DNA of 64,000 nucleotides from an uncultured virus (IMG/VR IMGVR_UViG_3300031715_000005) (taxonomy: Duplodnaviria > Heunggongvirae > Uroviricota > Caudoviricetes), in the IMG/VR virus record IMGVR_UViG_3300031715_000005; one strand, given 5' to 3'. Positions within the stretch are counted from its first letter, which is position 1; each line of letters begins with the position of its first letter. Below the pieces are notes generated by a model, which had not been told where the DNA came from, made no database searches, and saw only the letters and a list, made by a program, of their open reading frames with translations. Both the position numbers and the translations under genes were made by a program. Positions 18,764 through 28,840 of the stretch are shown piece after piece.

Positions 18764-19809
18764 GTGAGCATGATGTTTGCGGCAATTGAACCAGCTCCGC
18801 CAGCGGATGAGTTCCAATTCCCAAAGACACTCGCGGAGAAGTACCAGCCAAAGAAGCTGGAAGATTTTGTTGGGGTGCATGAGCCGCGGAAGGTGATGCA
18901 GGCGTTTGTTAAGGCACCTTTCAAATCGGCATGGTTCTTCCTGGGTGAGAGTGGCCTTTGGCAAAACGAGCATGGCGGAGGCCGTGTCGAAGTTGATCGG
19001 CGGCGAGATCCATGAGATCCCAAGCCAATCCTGCAACGTCGAGAGCATTGAGGCTGTCATGCGAATCTGCGCATACGTGCCTCAAGGCGGCCGCGGCGCC
19101 TTCCACGTTATCATTGCAAACGAAGCGGACCGCATGAGCCCGGCCGGCCAAGTTAAATTCCTCTCGATTCTGGACCGCGTTCCCGATCAAACCATTATTT
19201 TTTTCACGGCTAACGATACCGCTTGCCTCGAAAAACGGTTTCTCTCGCGCTGCCGTGTTCTGAATTTCAAGGCGGAGACGGTGGAATCGGAGTTGGCGGC
19301 TTACCTCGAACGAATTTACAAGGCAGAGGGCGGAACCTTTCCGGTTGACTTCCCGAAGATTGCGCGGGAATGCGAAAACAATGTGCGCGCGGCTCTAGGG
19401 CGGCTGGACGTGGAATTGCTGCTAGGGGCGGATCGGGCGGACCTGCCAGAGCCAAAACAGGCGGATGTACAGAAAAACGCTATACAAACGCCAGCAGAAA
19501 GCAGGCCAGAAACGTTTTACGTTCGCTCTGCGAGGCGGAGAAACCGCCAAGCTATCAAAGGGCTCCCGGAAGGGAGAAGCAGTTACCTTAGCTCCCTACG
19601 TGAGCCAAGCCATCGGAATCCGGGCAACGTACCTGGGACGGACGTACGAAGGGCAGATCCGGGCGGATGGAAGAATCGAGATCAATGGCGGGACGTTCAA
19701 CACGCCGGCGGCTGCGGCTGCGGCTATCTCTCGGTCAGCAAGCGGCTGGCAGTTCTTCAAGTTTGAGCGGGGCGGGAATCTGCATCCGATAGACGCTCTG
19801 CGGAGGTAG
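18764..19809 (+). CDS. Clamp-loader/RarA-clade AAA+ ATPase, probably fused to a RAMA-like domain; two +1 frame breaks
   Basis: LAEKYQPKKLEDFVG; Walker A GESG(L/F)GKT split at 18957-59; NEADRM; SRC; RAMA-like GRIEINGGTFNTPAAAA..SGWQFF in a further +1 frame. Confidence 0.7.
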
Positions 19810-19845
19810 CTCCGACCTAGAACGGAGAGTGTTGGGAGGTAGACT

Positions 19846-20187
19846 ATGGAAAATCAGAATCAGATATCGAAGTATGACCGCATTCGCGGAGGGCTCGAAG
19901 GCGTGGCGCTGTTCACCAAGCCAAGCACGGTCCGAAACGTTCAGACGTTGACGGGCACGGCGGAGACGTTTGTAGTGGAGACAGCCCGACAAGGAGATAC
20001 GATCTTCGTCGAATGCATGGACGAAAATGGAGTTACTCGGTTGGCTTTGCCCCCTAAAGTTGCGAACGCCATTGCCTCGCAACGAGACAGTTTGACGGCG
20101 CGGCGCCGGAGCCGGGCGGCCAAGACCAACGCGCAAGCGCGGAAAGACCGCGGTGAATTGCCGGGGTTCATGCGAAGGAAGAAATGA
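19846..20187 (+). CDS. Hypothetical protein
   Basis: GGAGGT RBS. Confidence 0.65.
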   Translation: MENQNQISKYDRIRGGLEGVALFTKPSTVRNVQTLTGTAETFVVETARQGDTIFVECMDENGVTRLALPPKVANAIASQRDSLTARRRSRAAKTNAQARKDRGELPGFMRRKK

Positions 20188-20452
20188 TCTTGGGAGTTCT
20201 CAAACTCGCGGCAATTCTGAGTCAGGCGGCTTACCGTCTTTGGATCAAGCCGGAGACAGATCGCCTGACTCAGCTCTATTGGGACGCCTGCGTGAATCCC
20301 GGAAAGGGGTTGTGATGCAAAGAGAAGAGACGACTGAACAGCATGACATTGATACTGAGCGGTTACGTTGCTCCTGCGGTGCTCCGATGTGCCGGAGTTG
20401 TGGCTGGTGTAGCGACCGTTGCAAGTGTAAGAAGGAACCGAAGAAATAAAGC

Positions 20453-20481
20453 TTGCGGGATGCTTAGGAGTAGGCTATAAA
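20453..20481 (+). promoter_or_regulatory. Promoter, second class
   Basis: TTGCGG-17 nt-TATAAA. Confidence 0.55.
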
Positions 20482-20700
20482 GGTTCCCGGATGGGAGGAT
20501 CAATGCCTAAGCCGAATCACTTAGCGAATGCCAGCGGCAGTATCCAGGAAGCGCGGCGGTTGATTATTACACAACTCCAGGAAGTGAAGGTGACGGAGGA
20601 CACGGCGGAGGAGTATGCGAATCTCCTCGAACTACACCGGAAGTTGGGCGGAGTGCGACTGACTCTGGAGGGCATGTCGCGGAATTTTGGAGGCAAGTAG

Positions 20701-21021
20701 ATGCAGGCGAACGAACGGATTGCGAAATTGGCCCATCTGTTTGTGAAAAGCACCAACCTGGGAGGTACTGAGGCTTCTAAGGAAGCTTGGGAGAAATTCC
20801 GAAAGATTCTCCAAGACATCGGTTTGGAAACGTTACTGGACCGGGCGGACAAGTTGGAGACTCAAGCGGGACGGCTGATCAAAGCGCATGATGTAGTCGG
20901 AGAAACGCAAGAGTTGGAAATCATCGCCGACGCCACGCGGACCGCTTTCATGCGGTTTGACCGCGAGCTGAACAAGATAGCAAAAGCTTCCGAGTCTGCG
21001 GGAGAAAGGCTGCCGTTCTAA
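20701..21021 (+). CDS. Hypothetical helical protein
   Basis: GGAGG RBS; abuts the upstream ORF. Confidence 0.55.
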   Translation: MQANERIAKLAHLFVKSTNLGGTEASKEAWEKFRKILQDIGLETLLDRADKLETQAGRLIKAHDVVGETQELEIIADATRTAFMRFDRELNKIAKASESAGERLPF

Positions 21022-21022
21022 C

Positions 21023-21292
21023 ATGCCGCATTTGGACTTGGACGTAACCGGACTGATTCAGAAGTTCCATGACGGCGGCTGCCCGGATCGGAAAGACCTG
21101 ATCCGATTCTTTCAAGAGGCGATGAATTTCAACCGGGCAGCGAAGGTGATGCTGGCGCAAGTTTGCGACGAGTGCGCAAAGAATAACCTGCCGCCAGTTC
21201 ACGCGATGGGTTGCAGCATGATGTATGGTATGGTCCTAGGAGTTTTGATAGAGCGGGATCGGATCGAGCGGGAGAGAAGGTTAAACAATTGA
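21023..21292 (+). CDS. Hypothetical protein
   Basis: Operon-like spacing. Confidence 0.5.
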   Translation: MPHLDLDVTGLIQKFHDGGCPDRKDLIRFFQEAMNFNRAAKVMLAQVCDECAKNNLPPVHAMGCSMMYGMVLGVLIERDRIERERRLNN

Positions 21293-21346
21293 GTAAGAAG
21301 CCAGCGGGTTTCAACAATATGTCGGCGCAAGAGTACGTGGATTGGC

Positions 21347-21637
21347 TTGCGAAGAAAGCCGCGCGCGCCGGCAAGAAGAAAATCTCGCACGCGGACCGTG
21401 TGCGCTTTGGAAAGATGGGCGGGCGTGGGAATAAAAAAGAAAAAAGCGAAGCGGAAGCCGTCCCGGTTTAAGCGCGGGGTATGTCGCTTTTGCGGATGCA
21501 CGGAGCGGGAAGCTTGCCGGATCGAGCGGCATCCATCCGAGGGCTGTACGACGTTTGCTCCGTGTCATTGGATGGATAAGGCTCGGACCGTTTGTTCGAA
21601 TCCTGCCTGCATCAAGAAGTGGGAGAAAAAGAAATGA
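21347..21637 (+). CDS. Small Cys-rich phage protein (start probably further downstream)
   Basis: CRFCGCT..AC...CHW...CSNPAC. Confidence 0.55.
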   Translation: MRRKPRAPARRKSRTRTVCALERWAGVGIKKKKAKRKPSRFKRGVCRFCGCTEREACRIERHPSEGCTTFAPCHWMDKARTVCSNPACIKKWEKKK

Positions 21638-21726
21638 AGGTCAACAGCCAGTTGGTGATGGCAGTGGGCGAAAAGGCTTAGTGGTAGACTTGGCGAGTGC
21701 CGCTTGCAGAAATCTATTCGAAGAGC

Positions 21727-22944
21727 ATGGGAAAGATCAAGGTTGAGTATGCCCAAGCTTTTGAACCGCTCTTCGATCCGCATCGCTTTAAGGTTTTTTG
21801 GGGCGGCCGCGGCGCCGCAAAAACGTGGTCCTTCGCACGGGCTCTAGTCAACAAGGCGCATACCGAAAAACACCGGATCGGGTGTTTTCGCGAATTGCAG
21901 AACAGCATCAAGGATTCGGTCCATCAGACGATCAAAGATCAGATTGCCATGATGGGGCTGGAACCTTGGTTCGACATCACCGAAAAATCCATTCGCAGCA
22001 CGGTGACGGGCAGCAACTTCATTTTCAAAGGGTTGCGGTCGAACATTACGGAGATCAAAAGCACGGAAGGCATAACGATTGCCTGGGTCGAAGAAGCGCA
22101 GCTCGTCAGTAAGGATAGTTGGGAGATTTTAGAACCGACTATCCGTGTGGAAGGTTCAGAAATTTGGGTCAGTTTCAACCCCATCGAAGAGGAAGATCCC
22201 ACCTATCAGCGTTTCATAGTTCACAAACCTCCGGATGCCCTAGTGGTCAAGGTCGGTTGGGAGGACAATCCGTGGTTTAGCGAAACCCTAGACAAACAAC
22301 GCCGCTGGATGCTGGCGAGTGATCCCGACGCTTACGAACACGTCTGGAATGGCGCCTGCCGTGTATTGAGCGACGACGTGATCTTTCGCGGGAAGTATGT
22401 TGTCGAATGCTTCGATCCTCCGGAATATCCGAATGAGCCGCGATTCTTTCATGGGGCAGACTTCGGATTCGCGCAAGATCCCGCGACGTTGGTTCGGCTT
22501 TGGACAACGGGAAAAGCGCCAGAGGAAGAGCTGTGGATAGATATGGAGGCTGGTGGGCCTGGGATCGAGATGGACGATTTGCCGGAGGTCTACGACAAAA
22601 TTCCAACATCGAGGGTGTGGCCGATCAAAGCGGACAACGCGCGGCCGGAGACGATCAGCTATCTTAGGCGCCAGGGTTTCAATATTTCAGCGGCGGAGAA
22701 ATGGACTGGATGTGTCGAGGATGGAATTTCCCATCTTAAAGCGTTCAAGAAAATTCACATCCATGAACGGTGTAAGGGCGTGCTCCAGGAAGCGCGGCTG
22801 TACCGATTCAAGCGGGACCGCCTGACGAATCAGGTATTGCCGATCATCATTGACCGTAACAATCATTATTGGGACGCGATTCGCTATGCACTAGACGGTT
22901 ACATTCTTCGGCGCGGGGGACATGGAGTGTGGGGCAAACTATGA
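21727..22944 (+). CDS. terL: Terminase large subunit, PBSX family
   Basis: GGRGAAKT, RELQNSIKDSV, WVEEAQ, GADFGF, NHYWDAIRYA. Confidence 0.97.
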   Translation: MGKIKVEYAQAFEPLFDPHRFKVFWGGRGAAKTWSFARALVNKAHTEKHRIGCFRELQNSIKDSVHQTIKDQIAMMGLEPWFDITEKSIRSTVTGSNFIFKGLRSNITEIKSTEGITIAWVEEAQLVSKDSWEILEPTIRVEGSEIWVSFNPIEEEDPTYQRFIVHKPPDALVVKVGWEDNPWFSETLDKQRRWMLASDPDAYEHVWNGACRVLSDDVIFRGKYVVECFDPPEYPNEPRFFHGADFGFAQDPATLVRLWTTGKAPEEELWIDMEAGGPGIEMDDLPEVYDKIPTSRVWPIKADNARPETISYLRRQGFNISAAEKWTGCVEDGISHLKAFKKIHIHERCKGVLQEARLYRFKRDRLTNQVLPIIIDRNNHYWDAIRYALDGYILRRGGHGVWGKL

Positions 22945-23158
22945 TAGTTTGTTGGCGTGATTCCCGGCCGGGTGTTCGTCCCTGTGCGGATGTCGAGATT
23001 CGAAAAAGAGCACGGAGTTCATTTCCATTTGGTACGCGTGGGAGTGAAACCGGAGCGGGGGCGGCGCTGTCGGATTTGCACTCTCCTGCTCAAACCAGAA
23101 GAATCAGAGGTATGCTTAGAGCATGAAAGTCGGCGGCGCGGAAAGCCAAGGATAAAAT

Positions 23159-25153
23159 ATGGCAAGAACAGGCGTAAAGACTAAAGCGCGCAAGGCTTTA
23201 GTTGCCGATGAAAAAGCGCGCAAAGCGGCGCAGCAAAAAACCCTTGATTCCATTCAGAATTTCGCGGCTGGACTCGGTTACGGCACTGGCAACGTAACGT
23301 CGGCCACCACGTACGGATTCAATCCGATCACGCGCATTCGAACCTTGCTCGAATGGATTCACCGCGGGAGCTGGCTAGGCGGAGTCGCGGTAGACTTGGT
23401 GGCGGACGACATGACGCGCGCCGGCATCGAGATCAATGGCGAAATGGAGCCGGATGAAATCGAGGAACTAGACGAAGCGGCGGTATCTCTGGGGCTCTGG
23501 AGCCAAATCAACGATACGGTGAAGTGGTCGAGGCTGTACGGCGGCTGCATTGCCGTGTTTCTGATTGATGGCCAGGACATGAAAACTCCGCTGCGGATCG
23601 AGACGGTGGGGAAAAATCAGTTCCGCGGATTGCAGGTGGTGGACCGTTGGGGCCTGGAGCCAAGCTTAGAGGATTTAGTGACGGAGATGGGTCCGCAGAT
23701 GGGGCTTCCGAAATACTACACGATCACTAGGGATGGTCCGGCACTCAACGGCAAGAAAATCCATTATTCGCGCTGCCTCCGTCTCGAGGGCATACGCCTG
23801 CCCTATTGGCAACGGATGATGGAAAATATGTGGGGCATTTCCATTTTCGAGCGGCTTTGGGACCGGATGATTGCTTTCGATTCCGCCACGCAAGGTGCCG
23901 CGCAGCTCGTCTATAAAGCGTACATTCGAACGTACAAAATCGAGGGACTCCGCGAGTTGATTGCTGCCGGCGGTCCGATGTTCCAGGCTGTGCTGAAGTG
24001 GGTAGACTTGATGCGGCAGACTCAGGGCAACGAAGGGATTACGTTGCTGGACGGCAAAGATGAGTTCGAGGCGCAGACTCACGGTGCCTTCAGTGGACTT
24101 GCAGAAATTCTTTTGCAGTTCATCCAGCAAATTGCCGGGGCTCTTCAGATTCCGCTTACGAGACTCTTAGGGCAGTCTCCGGCAGGGCTCAATGCAACGG
24201 GAGAAAGTGACCTGCGGACGTATTACGATGGAATCAAACAACAGCAGGAACGACACCTGCGGTTGCCGGTGACGAATGCGTACCGCGCGCTCGCACAATC
24301 CATCGGGATCAAACCTCCAAAGGGATTCAGCATTTCCTTTAAGCCACTATGGCAATTGACGGACAAAGAGAAATCCGAGATTGCTTCGGCCAACACCGAA
24401 TCCATAATGAAGGTCCAGCAGGTCGGAATCGTCAGTGATCAGATTATTCTGCGCGAACTGAAACAAACGAGTAAGACCACGGGGATGTGGACGAATATCA
24501 CGGAGGAAGAAATCAACAAGGCCAGTGACGTTCCTACGCCTCCGATTGATCCTCTAATGGGCGGCACAGAAACGGTCGGAGAGCCGGGAGAAAAAAAGGC
24601 TCCGAAACCGGCGAAGGACGCTGTACGGCCAATTCTCACCGATCCAGTGGACAAGGATGGGCTCTTTGTTGTTCCCACTACCGCGAGTGCGGAGGATGAA
24701 ATCCGGTGGGCCAAGCGGCGAATGGATTCCATCCGGATCGCTCAGTATGCGGACAGCAAATGCGGCTTGCCCGCGACGTTCGACAAAGAAGGCGCGTATC
24801 TCTGTGGGGGAAGGAAGCATGGCGGAAGCTCTCCCTGCAACAAACTGGAAGGAACAGAGTGCCTTATCAGGATCAAGCCGATTGATAATAAGCATTTCCA
24901 GAGCTGCGGTTTTTGGGAAACACAAAATGCGGGAGATGCGGAGGGCCGTTATTCTCCCAAGGGAAAGTTGGAGGATGATCGAATCGGTTTCGGGGCGACG
25001 AAAAATCTGGAAGGCTTCGGATGCGAGCGTTGCAGATTTGGGAGGCCGCTTACGTTCAAGGATAGCGAAGGGCGCTCTTGTTGGTGCAGGCTGAAGGGAC
25101 ATACGATCGAGGAACATGCGTGCTGCGCGGACAATGAAGCGGTGGAGGTATAG
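23159..25153 (+). CDS. Portal protein (DUF1073) with Cys-rich C-terminal extension
   Basis: VDLVADDMTRAG, WSRLYGG, IPLTRLLGQSPAGLNATGESDLRTYYD. Confidence 0.93.
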   Translation: MARTGVKTKARKALVADEKARKAAQQKTLDSIQNFAAGLGYGTGNVTSATTYGFNPITRIRTLLEWIHRGSWLGGVAVDLVADDMTRAGIEINGEMEPDEIEELDEAAVSLGLWSQINDTVKWSRLYGGCIAVFLIDGQDMKTPLRIETVGKNQFRGLQVVDRWGLEPSLEDLVTEMGPQMGLPKYYTITRDGPALNGKKIHYSRCLRLEGIRLPYWQRMMENMWGISIFERLWDRMIAFDSATQGAAQLVYKAYIRTYKIEGLRELIAAGGPMFQAVLKWVDLMRQTQGNEGITLLDGKDEFEAQTHGAFSGLAEILLQFIQQIAGALQIPLTRLLGQSPAGLNATGESDLRTYYDGIKQQQERHLRLPVTNAYRALAQSIGIKPPKGFSISFKPLWQLTDKEKSEIASANTESIMKVQQVGIVSDQIILRELKQTSKTTGMWTNITEEEINKASDVPTPPIDPLMGGTETVGEPGEKKAPKPAKDAVRPILTDPVDKDGLFVVPTTASAEDEIRWAKRRMDSIRIAQYADSKCGLPATFDKEGAYLCGGRKHGGSSPCNKLEGTECLIRIKPIDNKHFQSCGFWETQNAGDAEGRYSPKGKLEDDRIGFGATKNLEGFGCERCRFGRPLTFKDSEGRSCWCRLKGHTIEEHACCADNEAVEV

Positions 25154-25154
25154 T

Positions 25155-25616
25155 ATGGCCGCTTTCGTTTGCTTTCTCTTAGTACCCACGGGCGAAACAG
25201 TGAAAGAAGAGTGTCACTGTAGTCCGGAGTGCAAGGAGATTTTCGAGAAGCCGTTTTACAAAAGGCTCGACACGGGGGAAGTAGCAGCTCGGTATCCTTG
25301 GAATTGGGGACCTGGCGCAATGTGGAATAGCAAGCATACCGTCGGCGATTGCCCATGTTGGGACAATTGCGATGGAAACCATTTGACGGTGGTGACGCCA
25401 AGCGGGGGATATTGGGATACGAACAGTCGGGCGTCGAACTGCACGATGAAGGCAGATCGGCAGCATCGGTGTTGGGTGCTTCACGGGATGGCTCCTAAAC
25501 TGACGGTCGACAAAGAGGGTCTGACGTGTCGGGCTGGCGCGGGTTCGATTCAATCCGGGAAGTGGCATGGTTTTTTGACGAATGGGATATTGAGTCCAAC
25601 GAGGCAACGGCAATGA
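25155..25616 (+). CDS. Cys/His-rich protein (DUF6527-like)
   Basis: HRCWVLHG..PKLTV...SIQ..WHGFLTNG. Confidence 0.55.
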   Translation: MAAFVCFLLVPTGETVKEECHCSPECKEIFEKPFYKRLDTGEVAARYPWNWGPGAMWNSKHTVGDCPCWDNCDGNHLTVVTPSGGYWDTNSRASNCTMKADRQHRCWVLHGMAPKLTVDKEGLTCRAGAGSIQSGKWHGFLTNGILSPTRQRQ

Positions 25617-27181
25617 AAACTTTTCGGTGGCTGATTTTCGCGCTGATCGTTCTTGCTTTTTCCGGGACAGCTCGCGCGCAATTTCCGTGCACGGCTTCTC
25701 CGAATATTGGCTTTCAGATTCCGAATATCGGGAACACGACAACTTGGGGGACGTGCCTGAACACGGATTTGAGCATCATTGATTCGCTTTTGGGCGGAAC
25801 GTCGGCGCTTGGCGCTGGCACGGCTACACCTTCGATTGCCGGAGCGACGAATTGGATCACGGCGAATACGGCGGCTACGACGATCACGAATCTCACCGGC
25901 GGTTTTCCTGGACAGACGGTGCGGCTGATTTGCGGAATTGGGGATACGTCTACTGCGGTTAACACTTCTTCCTTTATCAACGTAGTGGCTCCCTGGGCTT
26001 GCAATTCCTCAACTTCACTGACTCTAACGCTTTTAGGAACGGTCTGGACAGAAAGCGCGCGTGGAATCGGCGGCGCCGGAAGCATGGATACGATTGCCAA
26101 TGGGTTCGTGTATTTTAAGCACAGCGATGTTGCAGGGAATTACCCAATTGTTTATAACGGGGACTTCGAAGCCACGAATACCCTTCCAGTTCCCGATTGG
26201 TTTCCAAATCCAAATGTAATTTCCCTTACGTACGAAACAGCCACGCCCTATGAAGGAAACCAAAGCCTCAAGATGCAATGCAACAATTCCGGTGCGGGGT
26301 GCGGAGTATTTTCAAATTCTAATTTTTTCCAAGTTACTCCGGGAGATAGTTTTTATATTCAGGCTGCGATCCGAACAGATGGTATCGTGACTGGAGCTGT
26401 ATCGGTGCAATTTTTGGATAAAACCGATACTGGAATAGGGTCGGGGATTGTTGCCGAAAGCAATTCTACAAATTGGACGTTGGTTTCGGCAACCGGGACT
26501 GCGCCAGCGGGTTCCATGTTTATGTTCGTGCAATTGGAAAATCTTCCGGAAGGAACGGCAGGTACGACGGAATACGACGCAATTCAGGTCTACAAATTAA
26601 ATTTTCCAGGAAACATGCTGTTCACGGGCAATGTAACTCTTGGGACCGGAAGCGCCCTGGCGGCCGGATCGAGTGGTTCTTCCTTCACGGGGACGTGGGG
26701 CGGCGCTCCGACCTTGACCGGAAGTTGGTCTTTCACTGGAGGACTAAGCGCGACTTCCCCGCAGTTGACCAATCCTGTTGTGACCACTGGATCAACTTCG
26801 CTTGGAATTGACACATCGGGCGGAAATTATGCCGTGACTTGGGATACTCTCTCGACCGCGAGAACGCTCCACATTAAAGACCCTGGAATTTCCTCAGCCA
26901 ACTTTGGAGAGACACTCGCGGTAGGAACGCTTGCCTTGGGAACGGCGACGATCAATACCCTTACCTGTGCGAGCCCCGTGAATACGACAGTCGCCGGCAT
27001 GACCGTGAGCAGCACGGTTGTACTTACATGGAGCGGTTCGCCAAGCGGTGCTTATCTGACCGGATTACACATCATGCCTCCGGATATGGCCTCCGGAAGT
27101 TTCAATGTTCGCGTGTGCAATTCTACGGCCGGAAATCTGACTCCGCCTTCCGCAACGCTCAACTATCGAGTCATTCAATAG
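25613..27181 (+). CDS. Signal-peptide fibre-like protein with carbohydrate-binding-like jelly-roll domain
   Basis: MKTFRWLIFALIVLAFSGTARA-Q; NGDFE...YDAIQV CBM-like segment; N-terminal module shared with 46293. Confidence 0.75.
   Translation: MKTFRWLIFALIVLAFSGTARAQFPCTASPNIGFQIPNIGNTTTWGTCLNTDLSIIDSLLGGTSALGAGTATPSIAGATNWITANTAATTITNLTGGFPGQTVRLICGIGDTSTAVNTSSFINVVAPWACNSSTSLTLTLLGTVWTESARGIGGAGSMDTIANGFVYFKHSDVAGNYPIVYNGDFEATNTLPVPDWFPNPNVISLTYETATPYEGNQSLKMQCNNSGAGCGVFSNSNFFQVTPGDSFYIQAAIRTDGIVTGAVSVQFLDKTDTGIGSGIVAESNSTNWTLVSATGTAPAGSMFMFVQLENLPEGTAGTTEYDAIQVYKLNFPGNMLFTGNVTLGTGSALAAGSSGSSFTGTWGGAPTLTGSWSFTGGLSATSPQLTNPVVTTGSTSLGIDTSGGNYAVTWDTLSTARTLHIKDPGISSANFGETLAVGTLALGTATINTLTCASPVNTTVAGMTVSSTVVLTWSGSPSGAYLTGLHIMPPDMASGSFNVRVCNSTAGNLTPPSATLNYRVIQ
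25879..25936. repeat. 58-bp exact repeat, copy 1 (copy 2 at 46571-46628)
   Basis: GACGATCACGAATCTCACCGGCGGTTTTCCTGGACAGACGGTGCGGCTGATTTGCGGA. Confidence 0.9.
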
Positions 27182-27961
27182 ATGCCGGACAAACCGAAAA
27201 AGCCGACGCCGGCGGAACTGCGCAAGTCCGCGCGGGAAAGGTTTTTACGCGGTCGCAAGGCGGAAGCTTCCTATCAGCGCCAGCTCGGCGAAGTCTCGCG
27301 CCAGGTTGGAACGCTCGTGAAGGGATTCGCTCCCGGTGGAGTCGTCCAAAACGTTCCAGCTCTCGGCGCAGCTCTACGTAGGTATGCTGAAATGCTGAAG
27401 CCTTGGGCGGAATCCGTGACCCGCGGGATGCACTTGAACGTTTCCAGGCGTGATGCTGGTAGTTGGGCGGAGTTGGGACGTGAGATGGGCCGGGCTCTTC
27501 GAAAGGAAATTGCTTCAGCTCCGACAGGCGCCGCGATGCGGGAAGCGATGGCGGCACAGGTAAAACTGATCACGTCGCTTCCTGTGGAGGCGGCAGAGCG
27601 CGTACATAAATTGGCTTTGGAATCCATCGTCGAAAGCGGTCGGGCCGCGGAGATCCAGAAAGAAATTCTTTCGACCGGCCACGTAACGGCCGCGCGAGCG
27701 AGAACGATTGCGCGCACGGAAGTTTCGCGGACCGCTTCCTTGCTCCTTGAATCGCGCGCAAAATATGTGGGCAGCACGCACTACATTTGGCATACGAGCG
27801 GCGATGCCGATGTGCGGCCTACACATCGCAAATTGAACAACAAAATTTTCGCCTGGGATGATCCGCCAGTCACGGAAACGACGGGAGAGAGAGCAAATCC
27901 AGGATGCATTTGGAATTGCAGGTGTTGGGCCGAACCGATCCTGCCAGAAGTGATTGACTAA
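27182..27961 (+). CDS. Minor head protein (Mu gpF/SPP1 gp7 family)
   Basis: RARTIARTE, YIWHTSGDADVRPTH, PGCIWNCRC. Confidence 0.93.
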   Translation: MPDKPKKPTPAELRKSARERFLRGRKAEASYQRQLGEVSRQVGTLVKGFAPGGVVQNVPALGAALRRYAEMLKPWAESVTRGMHLNVSRRDAGSWAELGREMGRALRKEIASAPTGAAMREAMAAQVKLITSLPVEAAERVHKLALESIVESGRAAEIQKEILSTGHVTAARARTIARTEVSRTASLLLESRAKYVGSTHYIWHTSGDADVRPTHRKLNNKIFAWDDPPVTETTGERANPGCIWNCRCWAEPILPEVID

Positions 27962-27991
27962 TTTTCGGAAAACCAGCAGACTGTTCTTGAG

Positions 27992-28285
27992 ATGCTCACG
28001 CCCGTCAAGCAGTACTCGATTACCTTCACGTCGGACGGAGTTTCCACCACAATTGAAGTAGATTGCAGCATTGTCCCGATTAACGAGGACTTCAGCGGGA
28101 ATGCGCCGACGGCCGTTCTCTCGCCGGCAGTGACGAGCGTGGCTACTGGAAATATTGCGAACGTGACAGCCGCTTTGGCGGGAACGACGGTGACGCTGAC
28201 TTTCCCGGAGCCTCCTCCACAACTTGACGGGAATGGTTTGTTGATCCTTTACACAGCGACATTTTTCTTGCAATTTGCAGACTAG
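27992..28285 (+). CDS. Small beta-rich hypothetical protein
   Basis: Thr/Val-rich ORF in the head operon. Confidence 0.55.
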   Translation: MLTPVKQYSITFTSDGVSTTIEVDCSIVPINEDFSGNAPTAVLSPAVTSVATGNIANVTAALAGTTVTLTFPEPPPQLDGNGLLILYTATFFLQFAD

Positions 28286-28335
28286 CGTGGAGAATCGTTT
28301 GTAGGGGATGTTTGGCACGTTGGAGGAATGAACAG

Positions 28336-28827
28336 ATGAAGATTAACCGCGTACTTCAAATCTTGGCGGCAATGATAATTTCGATAGCGTTGATTTTCGG
28401 CGCGCTTTCTTTTGCTCCTCGCACGGCAGTGGCGCAAGGCCAAGGTTCCTTCAACACCGGGCTCACTTCTCTCTTTCCAAATTTCCGTTACAGCAAAATG
28501 ACGTTCACGGCGACGGCACAAACTTTGAGTCAGGGCGTTGGTGGGGCATCATACTGCACAATTTCTCTGACCGGCACGTTGACGGCCGCCACGTTCACGA
28601 TCAGTGTCAGCAACGATGGAGGAACAACGTATTACGCTGCGGCGGTTGCTCCGTATGCGGCCACGATCACGCCGGTAACGACAGCCATTACAGTTTCTTC
28701 GGGCACGGGTCTTTACGTTTTCAACGTGGCGGGTTTCACCAATTTCAAGATAGTGACGAGCGGGACGTTCACCGGGACGAACCTGATCGTTCAGCCGACG
28801 TGCACTTCGAACAAAGGCTTGGTGTAG
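28336..28827 (+). CDS. Signal-peptide beta-sandwich protein
   Basis: GGAGG RBS; hydrophobic leader ending AVA-Q; one Cys pair. Confidence 0.7.
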   Translation: MKINRVLQILAAMIISIALIFGALSFAPRTAVAQGQGSFNTGLTSLFPNFRYSKMTFTATAQTLSQGVGGASYCTISLTGTLTAATFTISVSNDGGTTYYAAAVAPYAATITPVTTAITVSSGTGLYVFNVAGFTNFKIVTSGTFTGTNLIVQPTCTSNKGLV

Positions 28828-28840
28828 GCGGAAACTGAAA

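Noticed and set aside
23159..25153. Anti-CBASS Acb1 label for the portal
   Set aside because: No paired HxT phosphodiesterase motifs recognised; the core is a DUF1073 portal
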